This document shows positions 28,282 through 37,440 of a stretch of DNA of 59,513 bases, one piece after another. Every line of letters begins with the position of its first letter. Position 1 is the stretch's first letter. The translations under genes and the position numbers were made by a program. Source of the DNA: an uncultured archaeon (GTDB lineage Archaea > Asgardarchaeota > Lokiarchaeia > Sigyniarchaeales > SOKP01); NCBI GenBank assembly GCA_964388035.1, contig CAYLZE010000020.1, positions 1 through 59,513 on the forward strand. The letters run 5' to 3'. The notes under the pieces are model-generated. The model worked only from the letters and a program-made list of their open reading frames with translations. It was not told the origin of the DNA and did not search any database.

Positions 28282-29091
28282 GTGAGCAATTTTTTCAAAA
28301 AATTAAGAATATTCAATGAACAGACCAGTGCATTGATCTATTTTGCACCTGCATTTTATCATCTTTCCCTTGCTTTCCTAATTAATCAAGCAACCAAAAT
28401 TTTGGGCAGTTTATCTGTAATAGCCTTATATCCTTATATCACTCCCTCTCTATTATATGGTTTAGAATATTTCAGTTATTTTTTAATGCTCATAGGAACG
28501 TTAATTTTCTTATTTCCTTTCATAAAATTATTTTTTAAGCAAGATTCTCTTTTCTTCAAAACGTGGACTGTCATTTCAAAAGTACTCGCTACGATAACCA
28601 TTATTTTAGTCCCTATTGGCACTTTTTTAGGAATGGGAATGCTAAGGGATTTGAAAGCTTCAATTTCTATTAAAAAGCCCGGAACAAAATCTACAATATC
28701 CTCTGAATATCTTTCATTTTTTCTATTTCAATTAACATTTGGTATTGTATTTCTATTAACGGGAGGATTCATCTTTATTCTTGTATATCAAGTTCTTTTA
28801 GAAGAGCTCGCGTTTCTTTATCCCTATATTACCTACCATACCTTACTTTTTCTTTTAATATTCGGATGGATAAATTTAATTGGTGGCATGGGGACCCTAT
28901 TTTTTTCTTTGAGATGGAAATTTAAGAAAATTTCCTTAACCACGGAAGCAAATACTATATTTTCAATTCATATAAATTTATATTTGGTTCTATTATTTGT
29001 CCTTCTATTTATGTTCCCCTTTGGTACTTTTTTTTCATCTTCAATACTCTTATATCTATTCTCTCAAAGGAATATTGTAAGAAATTCTTAA
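28282..29091 (+). CDS. Hypothetical membrane protein with internal duplication
   Basis: Hydrophobic; ILVPIGTFLG and FMFPFGTFFS halves; GGGAGG SD before GTG. Confidence 0.7.
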   Translation: MSNFFKKLRIFNEQTSALIYFAPAFYHLSLAFLINQATKILGSLSVIALYPYITPSLLYGLEYFSYFLMLIGTLIFLFPFIKLFFKQDSLFFKTWTVISKVLATITIILVPIGTFLGMGMLRDLKASISIKKPGTKSTISSEYLSFFLFQLTFGIVFLLTGGFIFILVYQVLLEELAFLYPYITYHTLLFLLIFGWINLIGGMGTLFFSLRWKFKKISLTTEANTIFSIHINLYLVLLFVLLFMFPFGTFFSSSILLYLFSQRNIVRNS

Positions 29092-29221
29092 TAGAACGGA
29101 ATAAATAACTCCTTAAAAATCAGCAATATTTATAAATTGCATCAAGAGATTGCTTTTAAATTATCTTCTCTATAAAAAAAAAATAATTTTATTTTTAATT
29201 TTATAGGTTAGATCTGAACCG

Positions 29222-30379
29222 TTAAACTACTCGTTTGTTTATTTGTTCAATCCAATTAAGAATCACGGTAAGAGCTAAATTAAAGTTATCCATTTGACAA
29301 TGGCTCGAAGCATTTTCATGTTCCGTGAATAGTCTAGCGGTAAGAGACTTTACATTTTTTAATGCTTCGATCTGCTTATAAAACATTCCTAGCGGAATGA
29401 AATGATCCTTGGTTCCCATTAATAACAATACATCTTGGGTTATTTTATCAGAAATCTCTGCTGTAGAATAGAGACGAGCTTTTTCAATGTATTCATAAGG
29501 GGAAGATACCCCGAACACGTGCATGCCATGATTCACGCCCCAATTGACTAATAAATCTGATTTCATCCTTTCTTGCATGATTTTATTAAAAAGATCAACC
29601 TTTTTCTTCTCTAACAGATTTTCCACTAATTCTTGTATTTTAGGACCACCAGCATGTAAGAGCACTTGAAAAAAGTCATAAATGATGCCAAATGCCACAA
29701 CTCTTGATATGCGAGGGTCAAATGCAGCCGCCCGTAAGCTTAGATATCCACCTAACGAAATGCCTATCAAGGTAATATCCTTGAGAGCAAAATGATTAAG
29801 AATTGCTCTAACAGGTTTTTCCCATTCATGCGTCATGGATACCTTATTCTTATTTAACACCCATCCTTGGCCGGGTCCTTCGAATGCAATCACTTCATAT
29901 CCGGCATCATGAATATACGCATAAAAATCATAAAATTCTTCAATGAAAGAATCATATCCTCCAAAAATTACCACCGTTCCCTTACGGGATCCATTTTTGA
30001 AATGATATGCGGGAAGGAAAGAATTTTCATAGGGAACTTCTACTCGAATGTCTGTTAAATTAGGATGAACTTCATGTATTAATTGAATGAATTTATCATA
30101 AAGAAGGGACTTATCTGGGTCTTGAGGTGAAACGAAAAATTCCGCGGCTCTATAATACATAGCGGCATTTAAAGTACGATTTTTCGATTGTGCTTTTTCT
30201 GCTAGATTTGTCAGCTCTCTTTTCCAATCATCAAAATCCTTAATTTTTAACGCAACTTCCTTAACTTCTTGAAAATTTCCTCCAGTAGTAATTAATCTAT
30301 TAAGCTGATAATTCATGTTGGGATGCTCATGAAAAACATGATACCCTATTGGAAAATTAATTCTTTCTTTAGAATTCAT
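29222..30379 (-). CDS. Alpha/beta hydrolase (FrsA / 2,6-dihydropseudooxynicotine hydrolase-like)
   Basis: GGYDS..EE, FEGPGQG, GISLGGY, KDHF, HCQ. Confidence 0.88.
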   Translation of the reverse strand: MNSKERINFPIGYHVFHEHPNMNYQLNRLITTGGNFQEVKEVALKIKDFDDWKRELTNLAEKAQSKNRTLNAAMYYRAAEFFVSPQDPDKSLLYDKFIQLIHEVHPNLTDIRVEVPYENSFLPAYHFKNGSRKGTVVIFGGYDSFIEEFYDFYAYIHDAGYEVIAFEGPGQGWVLNKNKVSMTHEWEKPVRAILNHFALKDITLIGISLGGYLSLRAAAFDPRISRVVAFGIIYDFFQVLLHAGGPKIQELVENLLEKKKVDLFNKIMQERMKSDLLVNWGVNHGMHVFGVSSPYEYIEKARLYSTAEISDKITQDVLLLMGTKDHFIPLGMFYKQIEALKNVKSLTARLFTEHENASSHCQMDNFNLALTVILNWIEQINKRVV

Positions 30380-30466
30380 ATTTATTTCCCTCTTTTAAAT
30401 AAACTATTTTTTATTTAATTACGGAGTAATGCAGGGTTTAAAAAGTTGCTTGAGTAACATGTAGCA

Positions 30467-31105
30467 TTATCTTTCATTTAAACCCCAGAATTTTTCAATA
30501 CTCGTTTTAAGGGTTCCCAAATTCAATTTTTTTAGCGCAGAAAATTCTAAATAGGGTATACTTTCAGGATCTTTCAGGATATATTTCTCCAAAGGAATTA
30601 ATTTATATCCATTTTCTTCCGCTTTTTTTAAAAAGACAGAAATTATTCTCGTCTTATCTAAAGTGGATACCTTATCGATTTTGTTTAGGATAATAATTTT
30701 AGGCATTTTAAATTCCGAAAGAAAATCTATGAGTTCAAAACTAAGAGGGATGGTAGTTTGATTTCTTGTAAAATACTTTGTTAACTCATCCTCAATTCTA
30801 AGGATGTTAATAATTATAAGGGCGAGAAAGTATTTTTCATGATGATGTTCCACATGCGATACAATTTGATTTTTTATGTGTTCTTCCCGTCTCTTACTGG
30901 AAGATTTCATGTAACCAAAACCGGGTAAATCCACAATTTGATATTTAAGACCCGGTTGACTTATAGGTCTAATTAATAAGGTGCTTCCGGGTGTTTTCCC
31001 TGATTTGCCCTTGAATAATTTAGGATTGGGAAGCAATAACCTCGTTATTGAACTTTTCCCCGTGTTCGAGTTCCCAATTATCATCAAAGTGGGTTTTTCA
31101 AGCAT
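30467..31105 (-). CDS. engB: EngB/YsxC-family GTPase
   Basis: GNSNTGKSS, PGST, DLPGFGYM, NKIDK, FSALK. Confidence 0.82.
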   Translation of the reverse strand: MLEKPTLMIIGNSNTGKSSITRLLLPNPKLFKGKSGKTPGSTLLIRPISQPGLKYQIVDLPGFGYMKSSSKRREEHIKNQIVSHVEHHHEKYFLALIIINILRIEDELTKYFTRNQTTIPLSFELIDFLSEFKMPKIIILNKIDKVSTLDKTRIISVFLKKAEENGYKLIPLEKYILKDPESIPYLEFSALKKLNLGTLKTSIEKFWGLNER

Positions 31106-31164
31106 GGTGTTCTGATCTCTATAAAGATAAATTTTATAAAGAAATTAAGTATTAATCTCTAAAG

Positions 31165-31388
31165 TTGATTGTTTTGAATGAGAGAGAACCCTTCCTCATA
31201 GAAATTTGTCAATTTTTATTAGAGGAATTAATGCAAGTCTTAGGAAATCTGATAACTAATGGATAAAATTCTCTTCACCTAATTCGAAAGTCATCATTAA
31301 TGCTAAAAAAGAATTCAATGTTGCTATTACTGATGTAATGGAACGAAATCTAAATGATATTCAGAAGCAGATAAAAAGAACCTATTAA
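31165..31388 (+). pseudogene. Frameshifted relic of a histidine-kinase HATPase_c domain
   Basis: ELMQVLGNLITNG* continues after a 1-nt shift as IKFSSPNSKVIINAKKE...ITD, matching the N-box L.QV..NL..NAIKFS. Confidence 0.45.
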
Positions 31389-32254
31389 TCTAATAATTCA
31401 GAAAAATCATCTTCCAAGAAATCGCGAAACATTTTTTTTTTCTCGTCCTCAGCAATTACTGGTCTTGTACTAATGGGTTCTCCCACTTTACTTAAAATCT
31501 CTTCCAATAACGCGGCATCAGCATTGATCTTAAACTTGCCACCTAGCATGTACCGCACGACGGGAACCCCATTAATTTGCAATTTTAAAAGATATCCTAA
31601 TCCAAAATAAAATTGATGTTCTTGTATGGGATCAATGGCGCTTTTACTTACCTTTTCCTTTAACACGTCATAAAGTAATTCCTTGCTGGCAACATGGTCA
31701 TTTACATTAAAGATTAAGAAATAAAGAGCATGATAATAAATCTTATTTCTCTTGTCTTGTAAATAAGTGAGAAATTTTTCAGGAGTCCACTTTTCTTCCT
31801 CAACTTCTTCCTTTCTTTTCTGCAACTCTGCTTGTATTTTTTTTTCTAATGGCGAAGTGGTGGTTTGTTTTGGTGGGATCTTTTCATCTTTTTTTCCCAA
31901 TTCAGCGAGTTCTTCTTGTTTGACGGACTCTATGGCCTCTTTCATGTCTATTAGTTCGTTTAAATCAATTTTGTTTAAATCCGAAAAATCGGACGAAAGG
32001 TCTCTTTGATATCCCGTCTCACTAGACTCTATTTTGGCTTCTAATGTAGAACTTTCTTGATTGTTCGATTCAGACTTTTCTTTTACTTGTGCAATTGCTT
32101 CTTGCATTTCTTGGATCTCTTCCAAATCCAGATCTTTAAGATCGGAAAAATCCGTCTTAAGGGATTCCATTTCCTTTAAATACCGTTCAAAATCACTATC
32201 CTCATCACTTTCTTCATTATTATCATCTTCAATAATATCATCTTCATTATTCAT
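31385..32254 (-). CDS. Hypothetical protein with acidic N-terminus, two DFSDL repeats and a globular C-terminal domain
   Basis: 289-aa ORF with GGTGA SD; repeats visible in the translation. Confidence 0.75.
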   Translation of the reverse strand: MNNEDDIIEDDNNEESDEDSDFERYLKEMESLKTDFSDLKDLDLEEIQEMQEAIAQVKEKSESNNQESSTLEAKIESSETGYQRDLSSDFSDLNKIDLNELIDMKEAIESVKQEELAELGKKDEKIPPKQTTTSPLEKKIQAELQKRKEEVEEEKWTPEKFLTYLQDKRNKIYYHALYFLIFNVNDHVASKELLYDVLKEKVSKSAIDPIQEHQFYFGLGYLLKLQINGVPVVRYMLGGKFKINADAALLEEILSKVGEPISTRPVIAEDEKKKMFRDFLEDDFSELLD

Positions 32255-32441
32255 GGTTTAAGATTCACCGTTTTGGATGAGCTTTGACTAATATATTGTA
32301 TTTAATATAGGAAGAAAGGGTGTCTTACTATATAATTATTATGAAGAAAAAGATAATTAAATTAAGCTCTTCCTTAAAAAAAGCGAAAGAAACAAAAGAT
32401 ATAACAGAAAAATAGACATAAAAATAAATTTCTTAAAAAGA

Positions 32442-34694
32442 TTAGGTTCTTCTGTAGATAAAACGCTCCCAGCTGGAAGTGTTGGGCATTTCCTCTTTCA
32501 TGCCTTTTCTTTTGCGAATTTCAAAAATGAGGTCTTTTTCAATTGTGGCGGGAACTTTCTCAAACCCTTTGAATTCATAGCCGAAGAAGGCTCGTCCCTG
32601 AGTAGCACCTCTTAATTCATCAGCAATACCAATAATCTCCGAAGCAGGAATCTCACCTTTAACTCGCACGTATTCTCCTTCAGGAACCACATCACTGATT
32701 TGTCCTCGACGCTTATTAATGGTAGCGATGACTCCACCCTCCAACCCGCTAGGAGATTTAACATCGATCTTTTGAATGGGCTCAAATATATGAGGGTCAG
32801 CATCCAGCATAGCTAATGAAAGAACAGCGAATGCCATGCTTGCTGTTTGCGCGAATTGGGTGTGGCGTGGATCCTCGTGAATTGTAAGGTCAGTAAATAT
32901 AGCTCTTATTCCCAATGCTGGTTCTCGAGCAATGATACATTCTTCAAGCCAATTTCGAAAAGCACTAATAAGATCATTTTTAATTCTATCAAATCTTTGC
33001 AATCCAGAAGCCCCATTTACCAGAACGTTTCCCTTATAAACATCTACAATTCTACGGGCTTCTTTAGTGTCCCAACCAGCTTGCTCTCTCAAGATTTCAG
33101 CTCTTTCCTTTTCATTCATGAGATCAGTTACTTTTCCCGTTTCAATTAATCGTTCCGTGGTGTAATCCAGAGGTTCCATGTATAATAATATTCTATTGTG
33201 TCCATTGGAAGATTTAGTATAGAATTCTCTGCTTTTTTTAGTTACTTTTTCACGATAGACGATGATGGGCTCGCCGACATCGATGTTCACTTGATTATTG
33301 ATTCTCTTGGTAAGAATTTCAATTTGTAATGGATCAATACCACTCAATATATATTCTTTAGATTCTTTATTCATTCTAAATTCTGCCGTGGGATCTGCTT
33401 GGAGCCATTTACTGACCACATCTCCGAGTTTAGCAAGGTCTTGGGGATCCTTGGGTTTAATGCTTCTAGATACTACCGCCTCGCAAGCATACTGAATTTT
33501 TTCAAAGGAAGGAATTTGAGCGGCTTGCTGTTTATCTTTAGGAACAGTATCTGCTGCTATAAATGTTTCTCCAGATGGGCAGATAAAACCATATAATGCA
33601 AATAAATTTCCGGCGGGAATTTGTGGGACATCTAATATATCCGTAATTTCCATGACTCCTAATCGCTTTATTCTACTCGTGCTCTTATGATTGACCAGAT
33701 AAAGGGTTTCAGAAAGGTCTAACGTACCAGAAAATACTCTTCCAATTAACGTGGGGCGATATCCTTGTTTAGGATCTAAAAAGATCTTGGTAATCATTCC
33801 ATAAAGAGGTCCTTTTGGATCACTTTTCATGAGAGATTGTCCTAATTCAGAGGTTTTATCTCCCCCCCATATTTTTGGTATTCTATACGAGGCTGCTGAG
33901 ACAGGATCGGGCAAATGGTCAACTACCATTCTTAATAAGGGCTCATCGAGGGGTAAATTTTCTCTTAACCATAGAATTTCTCCTTTATTATATTTTTCAA
34001 AAACAGTGAGAGGGGTAAATCCTTTTTGTTTTAAGATTTCATAGGTAAATCCCCATCCATGTTTTGCAGAACCAACTGCCACGCTATTTTGAGCAAAATC
34101 AATCGTCCAATTAGAACCTTCGGGGCGAATTTTTTTAATTAAATCGTTTACTTGTCGTGTAATTTTATCGATTCTTTTATAAGTATCTTCCGGACTTAAT
34201 TTCAATTCACTTATTAGTCTATCTACCTTATTGATGAAAAGCACGGGTTTGCATAATTCTTCTCCGACAGAAAGCCTTATATTAGTTTCAGTTTGGGTCA
34301 TTACTCCTTCTAACGCATCCACTAAAATAATTGCTCCATCACTACCACGTAAGGCACGGGATACTTCTCCCGTAAACGAGATGTGCCCGGGGGTATCGTT
34401 AATTTGTAAAATATAGGGTTCCTTATCTTCCGGGTGTCGTGAATCAGTAAAAGAGAGCAATACAACAGAAGTAAAAATGGTAATGCCTCGCTCCTGCTCT
34501 TCCTCATCTGAGTCCGTCATCTGAAGTTGTCCGGCATCCTCTTCTCGCATTAATCCCGCTCTTCTTAACAGATAATCAGAAGCCGTGGTTTTGCCGTGAT
34601 CAATGTGTGCGGTGATTGAAAATATCCTTTTCTTTTTATAGCTACCTTGAGTCACAAGACGGGCTATTTCTTCCGCGTTTTTAACTTTAACCAT
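32442..34694 (-). CDS. fusA: Translation elongation factor 2 (aEF-2 or its Asgard paralog)
   Basis: AHIDHGKTT, EQERGITI, DTPGH, NKVDR, SSNGHNR, EPIQK, ELRGATQGRA. Confidence 0.92.
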   Translation of the reverse strand: MVKVKNAEEIARLVTQGSYKKKRIFSITAHIDHGKTTASDYLLRRAGLMREEDAGQLQMTDSDEEEQERGITIFTSVVLLSFTDSRHPEDKEPYILQINDTPGHISFTGEVSRALRGSDGAIILVDALEGVMTQTETNIRLSVGEELCKPVLFINKVDRLISELKLSPEDTYKRIDKITRQVNDLIKKIRPEGSNWTIDFAQNSVAVGSAKHGWGFTYEILKQKGFTPLTVFEKYNKGEILWLRENLPLDEPLLRMVVDHLPDPVSAASYRIPKIWGGDKTSELGQSLMKSDPKGPLYGMITKIFLDPKQGYRPTLIGRVFSGTLDLSETLYLVNHKSTSRIKRLGVMEITDILDVPQIPAGNLFALYGFICPSGETFIAADTVPKDKQQAAQIPSFEKIQYACEAVVSRSIKPKDPQDLAKLGDVVSKWLQADPTAEFRMNKESKEYILSGIDPLQIEILTKRINNQVNIDVGEPIIVYREKVTKKSREFYTKSSNGHNRILLYMEPLDYTTERLIETGKVTDLMNEKERAEILREQAGWDTKEARRIVDVYKGNVLVNGASGLQRFDRIKNDLISAFRNWLEECIIAREPALGIRAIFTDLTIHEDPRHTQFAQTASMAFAVLSLAMLDADPHIFEPIQKIDVKSPSGLEGGVIATINKRRGQISDVVPEGEYVRVKGEIPASEIIGIADELRGATQGRAFFGYEFKGFEKVPATIEKDLIFEIRKRKGMKEEMPNTSSWERFIYRRT

Positions 34695-35105
34695 AGTTGT
34701 CGTTCACTTAATTAAATTTCTGATATTCTTTATTCAATATTTAAAAGTTATAGTTAAGAGATGAAATGTGGAAAAAAATAAAAATTTTATGAATATAAGC
34801 CATAAAACTACAAATTTTTGCATTTTACAAATCTAATCATTAATTTTAAGTAGATGAATTTCATTTCTTTAAAATTCTCAAATTTTAAAAGTGCTTGTGA
34901 AGAATAATTGTTTACATTTTGAAAATACCTTTCTAAATCGAATAAATAGAGGAAAAAGCAGGAACAATGGGAATTTGAATTTTAATTATAAAGGAAGAAA
35001 AGGATAAGTAATGATTTATTTTTTCTTGACTTATCTTAAAAAATATAAAATAACTTGATTTTTAGATCATTCGTTTGGTCAAAAAATAATTAACTGAGAA
35101 AAAGA

Positions 35106-35735
35106 TCATGCCAACAGATCTCTGATATGTCTTACTCCATCAACCGCATCAGCAGAAAAGTCATCCGCTCCTAATTTTTTAGCGAGTTCCATGTTTAAAG
35201 GAGCACCTCCCACAATTAACTTTACTTTATCCCTCAAACCTTCTTCCTTGAGAGCTTTATCTACTTCTGTAATTTGGTTCACGGTCATGGTTAAGAGCGA
35301 GCTTAGTCCAATAACCTTGGCGCCCGTTTCTTTAGCTTTTGCCACAAAATCCTTAGCATCGATGTCCATCCCTAAATCAATGACATCGAAGCCAGAACTC
35401 ATCAACAAGGTGCCCAACAAATTTTTGCCGATGTCATGATTATCTCCTTTTACTGTTCCGATGATAATTTTATCTTTCTTTTTTGAACTATCTTTGGCGG
35501 CCATTGCGGGCCTTAATACATTAAATGCTTCTTTCATCGTTTCTCCAGCAAGGACTAGTTCTGCTAAATAATAGATGTCCTCCTCATATCGCCTGCCAAC
35601 CTCATCCATTCCTTTAGTAAGTGCGTTAAGAACATCAAAAGGATCCTTTCCTTCGTCCAAAGCATCTCTAATAGCGTCCGCAATATCATCGATCTCCAAT
35701 TCAATGATTAATTCGGTTATTTTTTCAAAATCCAA
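35106..35735 (-). CDS. Corrinoid (B12-binding) methyltransferase protein, MtbC/MttC-like
   Basis: Cap domain GMDEVGRRYE, DxHxxG motif GDNHDIGKN, SSLLT, VGGAP; TTG start. Confidence 0.92.
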   Translation of the reverse strand: MDFEKITELIIELEIDDIADAIRDALDEGKDPFDVLNALTKGMDEVGRRYEEDIYYLAELVLAGETMKEAFNVLRPAMAAKDSSKKKDKIIIGTVKGDNHDIGKNLLGTLLMSSGFDVIDLGMDIDAKDFVAKAKETGAKVIGLSSLLTMTVNQITEVDKALKEEGLRDKVKLIVGGAPLNMELAKKLGADDFSADAVDGVRHIRDLLA

Positions 35736-35845
35736 CCTCTATCTACCTTTTTTTTTAATTGTTATTTAAAATTAGATTTTAAAATATTTAATAATTAATA
35801 TTTTTGATTGATAATTTGGGGATTTAAATTCTTCTTGATATTAGC

Positions 35846-37300
35846 TCAAGTAGAAAAAGGTAAGATCATGTGCTTTAATACATAAAGAGATTGTTTGCCC
35901 GTTTTAGTCTCTACCTTTCTCGCTTCTGAGAGATTTATCATGAGGAGATAATCGGAGAGGTTCTTCTTAACATGATCTCTCAGAAAATCAATAAATTGAG
36001 AATGAGCTCTTTCAGTTTCGACCCATAAGAATCCATCTTTAATTAAAAAATTAGGATTTTTTTTTTTAAACTGATTAACATTTTTAGTATTTTGTAGAGG
36101 GGGCCCCTTTCTAAGGTAAGTTTTCGAGATTTTAGGGCTCTCGCAATAAAGAGCTAAAGAATATTCATTTAACAACTCATTAAAGACGACTTCAAAAACT
36201 ATTTTTCCAAACTTTTTGTCATGGGAATATTCCATTTCCCCATGAACTCGAATATTATCACCAAGGGAGTATAATTTATCTCTCAATATGGTATAATGAG
36301 TGGTTTCAAGAGCACTCTTACATTCAAGAATAAAGAGTGAAGATAATGATTCTTGTTCTTTAACTAAATCAATTTCTTCAAGGTCATTAATTTTGAAATA
36401 ATTTTTATCAGGATTTAATAAGAATTTTTTTACCATGTGATTACAATATTTATAGGCTTTTTCAGAGATTGCCGAAGCTACATTTCGATTTTTATCAATA
36501 GGATCGATGATAATGAGATAATCATTTTGAAAATGTGAGATTTCAAGGAGTTCTTCTTTTTTTCTTTTGTAATAGTCCAAAGGAAAGATTTTTAAATATT
36601 CAAAATTCTCGAATAAATTAGAAAGAGTACCATAAAAGTAAATGAGCAATTCTGCACTATATCCTATAAATCCAATTTTACCCACCGGGCTTTTATCTCC
36701 ATAACAATGACAAGCTTTAAAAAACTGCTTTAGTAATCTAACATCATTTTTCTGTTGAGGTGTTAAATTTTCTTGTATGAACCGTCCATGCCAAGGAGAA
36801 CGATCTACAGCAGTTATTGGCCCATTTTGCTGTATATACTCTAGGGACAGATCAAAGTATAGGACGATGTCAATAACAACTTTTATGCCTTCAGAATAAT
36901 AATCTACGGTCACATAAGGATGTTCTGCATAAAGTAAGCCAGGATTTTTGAAATGTTCTGGATTTAAAGCGGCTATTATCCATTGTTTGCATAATCTTCG
37001 AAATTCTTGTTTTATTTCTTTTTTTTGTTTATTTTTACTTAATTTATCATATCTTTCTTTATAATCATTATAATTTAAACCAATAAAGAAATCAATATCA
37101 AAATCGTTTCTTAATTGTGTTTGTTTGATGCCGGTGGATCCTTGAGCCTCCATGGTTGTAAAATCAATATTCAACATCTCAGCTTTATCATTTAAAAGCT
37201 TGGTTAATAGAGATTTAGTTTTTGAAATGAATTGGAGTTCTTGGGAGGTAGGAACAATATCCTCTAACACTTTAATGAAAATATCTTTGATTTGGCTCAT
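35846..37300 (-). CDS. cca: Archaeal class I CCA-adding enzyme
   Basis: QGS...TQL..DFDIDFF, YAEHPYV, TAVDRSPWH, VRLLKQF, GF.GYSAELL, IIDPID.NRNVASA. Confidence 0.9.
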   Translation of the reverse strand: MSQIKDIFIKVLEDIVPTSQELQFISKTKSLLTKLLNDKAEMLNIDFTTMEAQGSTGIKQTQLRNDFDIDFFIGLNYNDYKERYDKLSKNKQKKEIKQEFRRLCKQWIIAALNPEHFKNPGLLYAEHPYVTVDYYSEGIKVVIDIVLYFDLSLEYIQQNGPITAVDRSPWHGRFIQENLTPQQKNDVRLLKQFFKACHCYGDKSPVGKIGFIGYSAELLIYFYGTLSNLFENFEYLKIFPLDYYKRKKEELLEISHFQNDYLIIIDPIDKNRNVASAISEKAYKYCNHMVKKFLLNPDKNYFKINDLEEIDLVKEQESLSSLFILECKSALETTHYTILRDKLYSLGDNIRVHGEMEYSHDKKFGKIVFEVVFNELLNEYSLALYCESPKISKTYLRKGPPLQNTKNVNQFKKKNPNFLIKDGFLWVETERAHSQFIDFLRDHVKKNLSDYLLMINLSEARKVETKTGKQSLYVLKHMILPFST

Positions 37301-37440
37301 TTTTGTTAGTCAAATATTATAATAAATCTTGATATGAGTCACTTTAACTCACTTAAATTTTTTAAAAAGAATTTCTCAATGCATCGTTTTTTTTGGTATT
37401 AGTATTAAATTTACAAATTAATTTTATCAAATTTTGGTGA

